This document shows, one piece after another, positions 1 through 14,098 of a stretch of DNA of 64,000 nt (positions are counted from its first letter, which is position 1; every line of letters begins with the position of its first letter). This stretch comes from Callorhinchus milii. Its lineage: Eukaryota. The notes below the pieces were generated by a model that saw only the letters and a program-made list of their open reading frames with translations, did no database searches and had not been told where the DNA came from. The stretch is from NCBI RefSeq assembly GCF_018977255.1, contig NW_024704743.1, forward strand, positions 48,238,001-48,302,000. The letters are read 5' to 3'. The position numbers were made by a program, and so were the translations under genes.

Positions 1-1920
1 CCTGGCAGAGAGATAATGGATTATTATTAATGATGGAAGTTGGTTATATTATGACAGGTTCTGTTGCTCCTTTCATATAAAACCAAATATTTCAAAGTAC
101 TTTACAACATTTATTCCAGTTAATGACTGCCATGGAGAATGCCAGCCCCCCACACCCCGTTTTGTTTGAAGGGTTTCTCACAAAACCTCTCACTGCAGTT
201 ATTGAGTCAACCAGCTCTGCATTTGACTCTATTGCGTAGATCCCAACATTTCAGTACTGGTTTGGAGAACATTGGCTTAACATAAATTTAAATGTAGGGA
301 GAGAGGAATTATCAATGGTGATAATTATTTCTACTAGATTTGCATTTTTCACCTCCTTAAATAACCCTAATTATTAAATATATATCTATCTCGAAATATT
401 TCAATCAATTCTTCTTGTAAGGTAGTACAGCATTTATCTACCTAGTATCCAATTTGGACTTTACCTTTCTATATTGATTCAGTCACCCCTTGTCTTTCAG
501 ACGGGGAGCCAATAACTCCTCAGATGATAGGATCATCAGTAAGGGACAATGTCAGTTTTGATGACATTCATCAGGCCATTGATGAAGATAGGAAAGGTGT
601 GTAAATATTTAAGAAGAAAGTACCTGTTACTGACCTTCACAAGAAGTGTTTCAATAAATTGCTCTTTGGCAAGAATATTGACTTTATGTAGCTCGTGAAT
701 TTTACAATTCATTGGCATATGGTAGCTTACCCACAAAGTTACCAAGAAATTCTGAAAACTACTCACTAAATAATGTGATAAAGATTTATTGATAAAAGAA
801 AGGCTGCCTGAATACTTATGGTGTTAAGAAAAAGAACTGAGACTATTTTGATAAATCTTCTGATAGAATGTATTGATGTATTTCCTGAGAGAATTTATTG
901 ATAAATCTATGGTACTGGAGACATGATGATTGGTGTTCAAGTAAAATTATTTTAATTTTCTTCACTCTGGACTTTCTGCGTAGAAAAGTTGGTAACAATG
1001 AAAACAAAATCAGCAAATTTATTCCCAAATCCAAGAATACATTTTGTGTAACTTTATTGAAATAAATGTTATATTCACGTACATTAAATGAGAAAAACTG
1101 TAATGCTTTTTGAATTGACTGTACAATAATTAGTATCCCCTCTGCCTTATATGGTAACTTGCTCTGGAGTGGTTCTGTGGTGATGCTGGAGTCTGATTCT
1201 AAGGAATTCTCTGTTCTTCCTTGTTTGCAGTAAAGAGAAGATCCCACAGTACCAGCCATGTCAAATAACTGCACAATACTTGAGTTTCCATGTGCATAAC
1301 TGTTTGTAAATTGTGACTGATAATTTACATTTTCTACCTGCGGTCCTTTCCCAGTTTCTTGGTAAGGTCTATAATGGCCAGTAAGACAAAATGTCACATT
1401 GTGGACAGGTGGACAGAAAAGTACTGGTGGATACCACTAACAGCAAGCATGAATAATTTCAATACCGGATAACTCTCGGAAACCAGAGTGGTGTTTCACA
1501 ACACTTTCCTTGAGGGTGCAATGTGAAAACTCCAAAATAGCCAGGTCTTATCACTCATAGTGCTTGAATAATGCAATCCAATATAAAGGAATCAGGTTGG
1601 GAATTCCTTGTAACTGGATGTGTATCAAATCTCATTGAACCAGGCAATTACACTCCAAAAGTAAACTGTGTCAGAGCAGAATTCCCATAAGTCACTGAGA
1701 TGCACATCTGGTTTCCATATTAAAGAATCTCACTAGAAAGTGCAGCATAGTAGACCCTTATATTTTGCAAACCTTTCCAATAAAATAATGTTATACCTCT
1801 TGGAAATATTAATTAAATGCTATGCAATTCAGTAAGTATTTCATCACTCCAAATATACTTTTCAAGGAATAAGGTCTGAATAGCAATATTTTCAAACCAT
1901 ATTTTTTCAACTAATTGGTG

Positions 1921-3300
1921 TTTTTTTTAGTCAGCTGGATATCTAAGCATGCAGAAACCCATCACCAAGCTGCAGTGTATCCAAATCAGACTAAGAGTTT
2001 CACATATGTATGCTACCTACACATGGAAAGTTTTATGTCTGGAATGGAATGCACCCTCTCTCCCTGGAGGGACACAATCTGCTTAGCTAATTCCAGAGGG
2101 TGTTAGGTGAAGGTTGTCAAGAGTGAAGGCTTGGGGACCCCAGAGTGTGAATTGGGTATAACCAGTTTTACCCGTATAGATTGCCATTGAGAGCACTGTG
2201 TTGCAAGCAACCCAGTGTTTGTCTCGCTAGGACTGCTCTATCTGTTAAGGCTTTGGCTTGCAAGGTTAGCAGGAACTGAATGGCAAGAATCCCTGTTCCT
2301 AGTGACTGGTCTGCAGCTGAATATGGACAAGATGGAAGCCATACGCCTTGGTTCCCGTCAACATCTTCACTCTTGCGGATCTAAACTCCGCAACCTCCCT
2401 AGGCTTTCCCTCAGACTCACTCGACCAGTGCGCAACCTAGGCATCTGGTTCGACCCCCAACTGTTCTTCCTCCTCCACATCCGGACCCTGACCAGGACCG
2501 CTTTCTTCCACCTCCGCCACATTACCCGCCTCCAACTGTACCTTACCCCAAATGCAGCCCAAACCCTCATGCATGTGTTTGTCACCCCCACCTGGATTAC
2601 TCCAATGCACTTGTTGCCGGTCTACCCAACTCCACCATTCACAAGATCCAGTTCATTCAGAACTCTGCTGCCCGCATACTGACCCGGACCCAACTCCTTA
2701 CCCACATCTCACCATTTCTGGACAGGTTACACTGGCTCTCCATCACTGAATGGATCGACTTCAAGATCCTCCCACTCATGTTCAAATCCCTACCTCTCCA
2801 ACCTCCTCACTCCCCAATCCACCACCCGGTACTTGCGCTCAACTGGTACCGGCTTCCTGCTCGCCCCTTTCACCCCATAACCCACCATTGGAGGTCGTGC
2901 TTTCAGCCACTATGCCCCAAAACTCTGGAACACTCTCCCTCAATCCCTCTACCTTGTCCTCTCTCTCCCCTCTTTCAAGTCCCGCCTGAAAACTTTCTTG
3001 TTCGATCATGCTTACGGCCACCTCCCACCTCCCCCCGGCTCGGAGTCAGGCTCCGCCACTGTTATGCGCTCTGAGATACTGCCGTGTTTGGAGGGCGCTA
3101 TATAAGTGCAAGTTGTTGTTGTTGGTCTGACCATGAAAGTCCTGCCGATGAGCAACGCTGGCTTGTCTGTCATCAGCAGTGCTCTAGAGTACTGGGGAAC
3201 CATCAGGCTCAGGAAGCAAGTTACAGAGACAGCCACACAGGATTGACTCAATTCCAAATTCCCTTGCCAAGCACATCAGTTCAGCTCTAAAGCAACCTCA
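1921..3300 (-). mobile_element. Copy of the same family split by the L2 insertion. Shorter copies lie at ~5535-5765 (-), ~5880-6100 (+), ~32580-32801 (+), ~34360-34750 (-), ~36775-36855 (-) and ~53700-54090 (+)
   Basis: Shared UTR motifs; most copies end in ...gctgacc plus an A-run. Confidence 0.72.
2314..3122 (+). mobile_element. 5'-truncated L2-clade LINE (degenerate ORF2 C-terminus, 3' tail and (GTT)n)
   Basis: Reads LQLN.DK.E...VRNLGIWFD..L....HI......AFFHLR.I.RL, then LDYSN, IQNSAARIL and LHWL motifs across frameshifts. Ends gcgctatataagtgcaagttgttgtt and is flanked by TGGTCTG direct repeats. Confidence 0.92.
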
Positions 3301-6300
3301 CTTACCTCTACTTACCTCTCCTTAGGAAGGAGGATGGACACTAGTTGGTTAAACCATTAATTGCAACTTTAAGGTTTGAGAATATCAGATTGCATGATCT
3401 GTCCAAGATTCATAAAAAGGTGCATTTCAAATCTTAAGCTTGAAACACCTCAAAAAAGGTCAGCAAGTCAAAGGCCTGCCAACAAATACAGAAACAATAA
3501 CTACACTCAGAATAATTACCTGTGATATTCTAGTTGCTATTACTTCAAATGGAAACTATTTTTACTAGGGAAAATGTTACATTTTCATTACCAATTATGT
3601 ATACCTTTCTTTTAAATGTTATTTATTTTTTGGGCAGTTATAATTGTTTTAACAAAAATACGCACAGTCTCTCACTAAATCCACATTGAGTAACCTCCTC
3701 AAAATCAATGAAAAAGAAAGTAAAAATTATTTCAAACGCTTAAAACTAATTTTCTGGTAAAACTTCCTATTAAAAAGAATAAACATTGGAGCTTAGTTCT
3801 TGAAATAGAGCGACACATAGTTTTTATATGTATCTCATGCATACACTGCTCCTAGTTATGTATCCGGTGCCACTCAGTGGCTTATTTTACACCAGTTTTT
3901 GATGTGCACCCTCTAAATTGCAGTTGAAGAACTACTGAAATTCAGAAAACTTTCTGCTCTTCCTAATTTTCTTAGCCAGAAGTTTTAATGTTTTAAAAGG
4001 CTATGCCACTTTAACTGTCAAAAGCACCCAGACAGCCAATAACTACTGACCTCAGTTATGCTGTCCTGAGCATGCAAATCTATGGGAAAGAAGGATTCGA
4101 TCTTTTGGTCTTGCCTATAATTTGTGCAGCATAAATGCAGGCAGGAGTCAGCTGGGACTCTTTAACGACAGCACTGTCTATAATAGTATCATCAAGCAGG
4201 ACATTGGCATAAATCATTTGGCACTTTGCAAAGTGTCACCGCTGTCAGCCTCCCAGTGATGTGATCTTTAGTCTTTCAGATCTATAGACTGGCATTTGGA
4301 TCAGCTAAACATCTTACACAATGCCTTGCATTTTAAAAACCACTCCAGACACTACATAAAGCTGCCAACAGACCTGATTTCAAATATTTCCAAACCATCG
4401 ATATAGCAAACTCTAACTGTTCAATCATTAACTCTGGCATATTAGTCCACAAGTCTTCCACACTGGGAAATTATTTTCCACACTGATACCATTTATGAAC
4501 CTCTTATGAAAATAGTTTTGTTTAATTTGTACTACAAACCTAGAAGTTTATTTGACAGCCAAAAAATGTAACCTATTGTGTCCTGGATATCTTTATATAT
4601 ATGTTGTATTGATCACAGTACTGTAAATATATATTTTCCATAGTCCAAATAAAGTATTTGATTGTAATAAAATTATTCAGATAGTTTTGCATAGCTTTGC
4701 TCCTGATTCATTTATCATATTCTTTTCACATTATATTTGAACATTATATGTAAGGGGAGAAATTCCATCAAGATTTACTTTATTTACATAGCATTTCAGA
4801 AGGTTCATAATTTACCAAATTGCTGGATTCAGCCTTAACTTTCAAGTCGTTTTCTGTAGTTTTTAAAAGAAACTTGCAAAAAATCAATTTAAAAATTAGT
4901 ACTGTTTATGAATTTGACAAATTCTGGATACTTTGAAATACTTTGAAATAAATAGAGTAAATCTAGATAAACTATAAAATATAACATTTACCTTATTACT
5001 TACTGATAGCAAATTAAACTATTCATTTATTACAGCTCTAGAGACTAGCAAGAATACTTGGATAATTGTCCTCTCTACTGAGTTAACAATTTATTGTACT
5101 ATTGTTATTAAATACTCAATTTTTTTAACAGTTTAAATTTTCTGACAATTATACCCCTGTAATCTATGCCAAAATGATATCAGAATGTACAGATTTTTTT
5201 CTTGTAATTCTGCACCTCCAACATTGGACGTCTATTGTGGCATTGCACTTCTGGCATCACACATCTATTGTTCTATGTTCGCGAATTGTGTCCTCACCTG
5301 AGTAGTCGGCTCAACCCAAAACAATACTGGTCATTTTTCATGAAGCAAGGTAAAGAAAAAGGAGCCTGTATATATGATACACAATGACAGATGGTCAGGG
5401 ATGAATTACAGACGTGTTTTGGGTCCCTCGTTGGCATGGAGTGTCTATGTACACAGGTAATTGCTGCAAGACTAAGCAGGAACCATGGTTTTCACTGCTT
5501 TACATTATGCAGTGTTCAAGGACTGCTATATATTTTTTTGATCAGCCAAGTGTTTGATACATGCGTAAACTCGTCACCATGCTTAAGATTATATCAAACC
5601 AAACCACGAATTCCATGCATCTCACCTACACATGAAATTTCAGAGATAGATTGTTAGAATGGAATGCGCACTCTCTCCCTGGAGGGGCACATCCTGCTTA
5701 CCTAATTCCATAAAGTATTAGGCACAAGTTGGCAAGAGCCAAGGCTTCCGGACCCCAGAGTGTGTAGACCTCAGAGGTTCTGCTGGAGAGGAGTGAATCC
5801 CTGCTAAAATATTGGAATATATATTGAAAACTAAAATTATATTTTTAACTAACTTTTTATTGAGTTTCAACATAGTCTGGGGTCCACAAGCTTTGGTTCT
5901 CACCAACCTGTGCCTAATATACTCCAAAATTAGGAAACAGAATGCATTCCTCCAGGGAGAGAATGTGTGTTCCATTCTAGACATAGGAAAATTTCCATGT
6001 GTTGGTGGTACACATATGTGGACTTCTCTGTCTGGTTTGGATATTCTTAAACATGGTGATAGACTTCCACTTATGTCAAACACATGGCTGATCCAAAAAA
6101 TCCTTCACAATATCATTATTTAATCATTGCCATTAGAATTGCTTCATGACCAAATTGGGTCAGAAAATATTAATGGACCTTACTGTGAATATTCTTTTAC
6201 ATCCAAAGACAATTTTTAACAATTCTTGTTAGTTTATCCATCCTTCAGACAAAACTATAAAACAAGGTCCATCTTGCTGTCCAGGTGGAAGTTACAGTAT

Positions 6301-9300
6301 TCAAAAATATTAGTTAGTTTCTCCTGGTGTCCTGGGAAAAATTCCATTTACACAGTAAAATTGACCATTTATATTATGGCTGTTTGTAGGACCATGCTCT
6401 GCACAGTACTAACTTCCACATTTGCTTACAAATAGGCAGTCACTACACTTGACAGCAATTCTCCATGAAGCATTTTGTGATGCTTGGACATTATAGACGC
6501 TACATCAAATGCATGGAATATTTTTCAGAAATATAATACCTGCCCACTACATAAGTAAAGGGTTGTTGAGGATCGCATTATCATATGACTAATAGAAGAG
6601 GGTTGGAAAGGTAATACTGACCACTCACACCAATTGGGGAGGAGAGAAGAGAAAGCTACTCATTGCAGCTTTGGGCAAATGTGTGCTTGGTGACTTGGGT
6701 CCATGCATTATAGATACTGCTAATCAAATATAAATAGACTTGGCTGAAATTTTGGAAAGTAGTTGTATACAGTGAAATACATTAAGACATCAGCAAGCTG
6801 TGGACCGTATTAATTTTTTAAATTCATAGCCTCTGTTTTCTGACAGCAGGAGATCTTATCTATTAAAAGGTATAGAAAGGTTGTGTTATATTACTTCCTT
6901 CCTGAAATTTTCATCTGATACATTGATTCATGCCTTCATTAGTCGGTATAGTTCAAATGAGAGCAAGCCACAGTTTACCTTCCCTTCCTTCATAATATAT
7001 TTGGCCCAGACATGGATGTTATATTTTGGTGCATTTTATAGCACAATTAATTGTTGTGAAATTCCTTCTTGTCTAAATTTATGAAACTGTTAAAATTCTG
7101 AGCAATATTTCATTGAGGCCAAGGAGAGCTTCCTCACGCCTTCTCCAGATATTAGTCTCAAAATAAATCTATAACTAGAACATTTAAAAAGCTAAAGTAA
7201 GTTTAAAAAAACTGTTCTACTCACTGGAAATTAAACAAAATCAAGTTCTCATTTTTTTAAAGATAAACCACGGGAGGGAATCCAGTATTGAATGACCTGG
7301 AGGGAGAAACCATTCTCTGGAAGTTGAAGTAGTGCTCAGCCCCATCTGTTACTAAGTTCTAAACAACAGCCATTAATTTTGTTCATTGATTATTTTCAAT
7401 GTGATAATAATCACTTCACAAACAGAAAATGATACCCCTTTGTTGATTGAATTCCTCTTTGACCGCACCTACGGTCACCTTCCCCCTCCCCCTGGCTCGG
7501 CCTCAGGGTACGCCATTGTTAAGTGCTCTGAGACGCCTCCTGGCTTGGAGGGCGCTATATAAATGCAAGTTGTTGTTGCTGTTGTTGATTGCCAATACCT
7601 TTGCTTTAATTGAACAACTCTACCATTATTTAATACCAGCTCAGTTTGTTCTTAAAATATCAAAATCTATCACAAAATATTGGAAGCAGTTTGGAGTACC
7701 TGCTAATAAATTACATAAGAACATAAGAAATGCTCGACAAAAAANGACCAAGGTCCATTTAGTTTATCTTCCACCTTCCTGGCGGTCGCATGCACATATG
7801 TCCCAAACTGCCTAATTAATTCCCAAAATTAATTTGGGAAATCTGTTTGTTCTTTCGTAGTTATTTTTCTGTTGATATTCAAGGCTTTATTATTACTCTA
7901 CTGGCTAGGAAGACATATTGCTTGCTTCTTCCAGTGGTTTGTCATAGTCACATATAAATTAATTGTAAAATGATTGTAGAACATGTCGCAGTTGAACCAC
8001 GAGTTTCGGCAGGAAAAACACTTTGATTTTCATAAAACTTTAAACTTGAACTTAATTTCAAAAATTGTGACTCCAAAAAATGATCTAAAAAATATCTCAG
8101 TCCTATTGTTTCCAGAAATAATGACTGCCTACACATTGTTTGACAATATTTATGCTGCTGCGCAGACATCAGAAAATGTAGGACTGGGCAGCAGTACCTC
8201 ACCCGCTCAAGTAAAAGCTACCATTTAAGCTAAATACACTATTCAAGGTAGCTTCGTTCAAAAGAACTATTCAAGGAGTTAAATAGGATTCTCTTGATTT
8301 ACTACTGTTGTACTTTCAAACTTATCAAGGATACTCTGTTATACTTTTGTAATCAGTTTAATAAAGGTATCAGCTCATTATAATATATTATTATTATATC
8401 AGAGAAATACATCTTCCAAACAAATAGTATAAAGGAATATTAAAGAATGGGGTACTTAAGTTGGTACCTTAAGTGAATATCTTATTATTTTATTATGCGC
8501 GTTTCGCCCACAAATAGATACAGTCAATTCACTTTACAGTATATTCTGTGAAGCGCTTTGAGACGTCTAGAAGACGTGAAAAGCGCTATATCAAATGAAA
8601 CAATTATTTTATTATTGTTATCTTGCAATATTTTAGAAAGTTATACTGGCATGACATTGTGGTATTATGTCTGACTCCTACATTGCCAGCTCAGAATTCT
8701 AGTGATATGTTAAAGGCATTTTATGTTCTATTATCCCAAGTAGCTAGATAGATCTCCTAGAGACCACTGGGATAGAAATTGTTTTTGGAATTGTTAACAA
8801 GGATCAGGACTGGTCCCTAGGCTATTTTCCACTGAACAAACTGCAGAAATTACATAAAATGCAAACAATAGCTTCTTGAGCTTTTTGATCCCAGGGATTT
8901 AAAACATTCTCTTGAGCCAATTCTGAGGATTATATTGAATAACAAATTATCACTGGGGTTACAAATTTACTGTTGCTATTTTTTGCTGATATTAGAGTGA
9001 TGTTTACTAATTAAACAATATCTAGAAATGTTGCAGCGCAGTACATTTCCATTTGCTTTGCCCCCTGGTCTTTTAACTGTGACTGTTCATTCATATGTAA
9101 AGTAGTGTAACTCAAGCAACACATTTGTTTTAATCTTGTTTATGATCTAAGCATGCCTTTTGTATACCGGTGCATGGAAAAGCAGTGAAATAATTCTATT
9201 AAAGCTTGGGTAGGATTTCTGAAGAGTCAGTGAAAAAGACCATTTTGTAACAAACAATTGCACAAAATCTGTACAAGAAGAGCACTATTCTCACCCCCAA

Positions 9301-12054
9301 AAATATTGGGCATTCATTCACAGACCTGTTGAAAAATGCAGCAAGATAATGTCAGATCAGCTAGTGCAAGACCAGAGTGTTAGAATTTCACCCTCCATTT
9401 ATTTCAGTGGTTTGCTTTTTTCACACTTTTGACCAAGGTGATGTCATAGCTCAACCATCCCAGGTTCAAGTGTCATTGATTGACTGTTGACAGATAAACC
9501 AGCAGCCTTTGCCAGAGAGGCTACCACTTGCCATTTCACTCAACAAGGATCCAGGGCAGTTTATCTGAGCAACTTCGTTCAAGAAGTTATTTTAATACAA
9601 GAAAACATTGGCCATCAACTAACACATTTAAATGAAAATTGGAAAATAATATCTAAATTATGTGTGGTACAAATAGTATATTAAATACAGTACACTGCTG
9701 TATTTTCAGGGTTTTATTCATTATTAAGGAACTGAGGTTAACAAAACAGCACTATTTTTATGAACATGTTTCTGAATTCAAACACAAATTTAATATAAAT
9801 CACACCACCATGTGTTATTCCATTTTTTTGCATGTGCTAACAATAATGTGTGGCTGTTCTTAGTTTGCAAACCAAATTGAAGGTTTTGTCAATCACAATG
9901 ACCCTGTAACTTGATATTGGAGGACAAAAACTCAGCGATTTCAAATGGGATATGTAACTAAGATCCCTGAATTGCAAATGGATATTCATTCCAGTAAGTA
10001 GAAGAAAGCACACCACAGTCTCCCACAGGAAATTTGTTCTGATAGCAGATCATGTCAGATCAACATGTTATCTGAAGGAATCACTTATTTGCAACTGTGA
10101 GTCCGCATTTAGAAATCCTATTTGAAACTGCTGTGTTTTAAATCTATTTGTGAACTGAATGTTACCCAATCTATTTTGTGTTGAATAAGTCATAGGGGGT
10201 TACTCTTCAATTATTCTGTATCATTTTAATCAAACTAGGGTTTGGTCAGATATGGTTAGCTGACCATATGTGTTACTCAATCTTCAGGCAATTTGCCAAT
10301 TAAACACGGCACAACTTCCACTAATATTAAAATTGTTGGTCTTGTCTTTTTTCTTCCAATGAGAAAGAACAAATGTTGCATATGAAAACATATAACAATA
10401 ATAACATAATAATCTTTGCATTTGGCATAGCTCTTTATCACGTTGCTGCAAATCTGAATAAAATTTAAACAAAAAACCTGCATTTCTATTGTGTCATCAC
10501 TTTGAAACATCTTAAAGTAAGTCAAGTAATTACTATCAAGTACATTTGTAAACAAACCTGGCAATTATTTGTCAGGTTTGCTACAAGCAGCCATAAGGTG
10601 AAAAGCCAATAAATCTAGAGGATTGTTTGTTGGAGAGAAACTCCCTTCTCTTTTCAAATACAGTAGTTCAAAAAAAATGGATCTTTAACATCTACCTAAA
10701 AATAAGGACACACAGGAGTAACTAATCAATGGTTTCAGATGATTGTTTATAGCCCTGCCTCAAGCTTATGTGATTGCCATGAAATTATTCTTTGCTGTTT
10801 GATATTGTTTCATTCAGTTTCATGTTTCTATTCTGCTCTCTGGTAATTTTTNCTAGGTTGGCAGCAGTTTCAGTTCACTTCATGCTTATCTGCACACAAA
10901 AGGATTAATGCTTGAGATGCTCCCACTGTGTGTCCAGTTTACATTATGTGTGATTAATGTTAAGAGAATATTTCAACATAAAATATTTTCTCCTCAAGTC
11001 AAACATTGGCTTCCCCTTTTCCTGAAATGATTCATACGGTCATAAAAGTCTATATTTTCCACTGCTCGCAAGTGAAATAAGAATGTGAGGTTAATAACTA
11101 CAATTCGTAACAGTAGCTGTACAATTGTGTTCTTAGAGGAAGGGAAAACATTTGATTTTAATTAATTCACACTCATACAGTAAGAAATAATTTAAGAAGT
11201 TATGCACATATAAGGCCTGAAATTCCACCAGGTCTTAGCCCGTTAAAATATTTTGTCTTAAAATTAAAAATCATGCAAAAGTGTGGAAAATTCATAATTC
11301 AGACCTAATGGTTTTCTGCAATTCTTAAAGAGTTTGCAAATTAAGATTGAATTGAAAAACTTCCACAGTTCAATGAAATCTTGTATTTTAAGATAAATGG
11401 TCTGACAGGCTGAGGCCAAGTGAAATTTTGAACCTATGGGTTAGGGCAGAGTGGAATAAATTTATTCTACATTTGCTTTATCCTGCTTGAAATAAAAGTG
11501 ATTCATATTAACAAGACATGCCAAAAGTTAGTAGTGTTCCATTCTCTCATGTTGAAACCTTTCACCATAATCATTTAAAAAACTAATGTTGTAAAATACA
11601 GAATTTATAGATACTGTATATACAGGATAAAATATATACATAATATAGAGAACATAATTTCTAAATGTGAACCATATGGTATTATTTCCTTGCTGTCAAA
11701 AAAGGAAACTCATATTACCAAAATAACAGTCACACATAATGCTATATAACTGCAGCTACTCTATCACAAGATCATTATTACTGTTTCACCTCTTCCGCAT
11801 CACTTTTTCCACATTGATCATGTCAATAGTGAAGTGTGAGAAACATATGCAATTGATCACCAAGTATCCATATGTCAACGAAACCAAACGCTAATGTTTG
11901 TGCAACTGTTTCTAGTGTGAAAGTCAACTGGAGGTTGCAATACTGGCACAAAAGTGCACATTATACACAATGTGCTGGGAATGTTATTTATCCGCAGTTA
12001 TCCGCACTAGCAATGAAAAGGAAAGTGTTTATTCAGCAATCTACAATGAAGGGA

Positions 12055-12225
12055 TACAGAGGGGAGAGAGTCAGACCAAAACAAATAGAAAAAGAGAAAG
12101 TCAGAGAGAGAATAGAGAAAAAGAGAAATAGATTTTTAGTGTCCAAAAAAAGAAAGGAAATAATGAAAGGATGGAAGGAAGGAAAGAAAGAGTGACAGAG
12201 AGAGGCCCAGAGAGAGAGAAAAATG
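12055..12225 (+). repeat. Purine-rich (GA/GAAA/GGAA) low-complexity tract
   Basis: Read directly; it explains the K/E/R-rich pseudo-ORF 11872-12195. Confidence 0.85.
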
Positions 12226-12319
12226 GAAAATGTGACCATAGTGACAGTACAGTATAATTCTTGATGGAAGGTTTTTTTTAGCTAGCACTAGCAAATTTAA
12301 ATTTTGTATGATTTTTGGG

Positions 12320-13110
12320 GCATCTGACACACAGGGAGACCAATCACCTTCACCATGCTTAAGAGTATCTAAACCAAGCTGAGAATCCCATGCATCTCAC
12401 CTACACATGGAAATCCCAGAGATAGATTGTTGGAATGGAATGCGCACTCTCTCCCTGGAGGATCGCGTCGTGCTTACCTAATTCTGAAAAGTATTTGGCA
12501 AGAGCCAAGACTTGGGGACCCCAGAGTGTGCATTGGGGTATTGCTGGAATCTCACCAGCTAAAACTGCACTGCTTGCCAGCAAACTTTCCTGCTGCTTGT
12601 TCAGCTAGGACTACCTTACCCATTCAGGATTTGGCTTGCAAAGTTAACAGGAGCTGAATGGGATGACTCCCCTGCCTGGATTACCCTTCCTGGTCCTGCT
12701 GATGAGCCAGGCTGGCTGTGCTGTTATCTGCAGAGCCCCAGAATACTGCAGATCCATCAGGCTCGAGAACAAGACTGCTCCAGAGGGTGGCTCGATTCCG
12801 ACATTCCATTGCCAGGCATGTCATGTTGGAGCCAGTTCAGCTCCAAGGAGACCCCGCTTAGCTCCCATCCTAGGGAAGATAGTCACTAGTTGGTCGTTCG
12901 ACATCCAACAAGCGCAGGTTTGAGCATCACTAGGTGGATGGTTGGTACAATGAACAACCTGTGAGCTTCCCAGGGAGCAACATATCTCAGCATAAAATGT
13001 ATGAGAGCATTGCCACTGTCTTCCTGTCCACAGCTCAGGCACACATTCCTTCCCATTGAGCAATGGTTCCACCAATTGGAGCTATGGAGTTTAAGCAGCA
13101 GCTGCTTGCT
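12320..13110 (-). mobile_element. Second long copy of the same LINE-like family
   Basis: Reads KQLLLKLHSSNWW...CLSCGQEDSGNALIHFMLRY and shares the UTR motif ggaatggaatgcgcactctctccctggagg. Confidence 0.75.
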
Positions 13111-14098
13111 TCTCCTTATCCCCAATGGGTCTGGACCAAATTAGTGTGAAAAATCAGTTCTTTACTGTTTTTTAAAAAAAGTGTTTTCAGTTGTTTATAT
13201 TATAATCAATAACAAGTAGCTTTAAAGTGAGTTTAAAATAATAATTTGTAGAATCAATCCTTATCCCTGAATCTCTGAACTCACTGCCTCAATTCCTGTT
13301 TTTTTCTCTCTTTCCCCATCTTCAAATCACATCTGAATACTTGTCTTTCAGGCTCGGTGTCAAGCCATGCCACTGTTAAGCACTCCGAGACGCTACCTGT
13401 ATAAAGGGTGCTATATAAATGCAAGTTGTTGTTGTTATGGCTATTTAAACATGTAGTTCCAGAAATTAAGATATTGGTTTAGAATTGTGTCACCTGTAAA
13501 TCTCCAGCTCACCTCTCTGTCTGTCTTTCAATCCCTCCAAATAATGTACCAATTCAACCTCCCCTATAATCACCTCCCCTCTCCCCCTCCTCCCTTGCTC
13601 GACTTCCAACCCCATCACCCTATGTTAAGGGCACTATATAAATGCAATCTGTTGTGGTTGTTCTTGTAGTTATGTACAGTAATGAGTGAATAATTTAGAA
13701 AAATAGTCAATGGCTCTAAATGTTATACCAGAGAACTAGGCATGTGTCACTGACTGATATCCTACCATTTTACAATAAATTCTGGGGTTAATCAGAAGAC
13801 AATCGCTAAAAGTAATAATCTCATGTTTATGTCTTTATAAACGTTTCTAGTGATGGGTGTATGACAGATCCCAAAGTTAACTTTTTATTTTATAAAATAG
13901 CATCCTTCCTTATTGGCAGAAATTGTAACTGTTTGAAAATTGTTTGTAAGCAAGTGTTTCATGATAAATTGTTTTATGTGTTTTACAAGTTGGTGAAGCA
14001 CAAAAATACTGCAACATTGTATCAAAATGACACACATGTAAGTGAGATAATCATGTGATTGATGGCATTTGATTTATAATAGTAGATTTGTGGCATTA

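Noticed and set aside
843..1397. 184-aa minus-strand ORF
   Set aside because: No recognisable domain, non-ATG start, AT-rich composition and no supporting exon chain.
7745..10852. Two ambiguous 'n' bases (7745 and 10852)
   Set aside because: Sequencing ambiguities, not biological features.
11872..12195. K/E/R-rich 107-aa ORF
   Set aside because: Translation of a purine-rich simple repeat.
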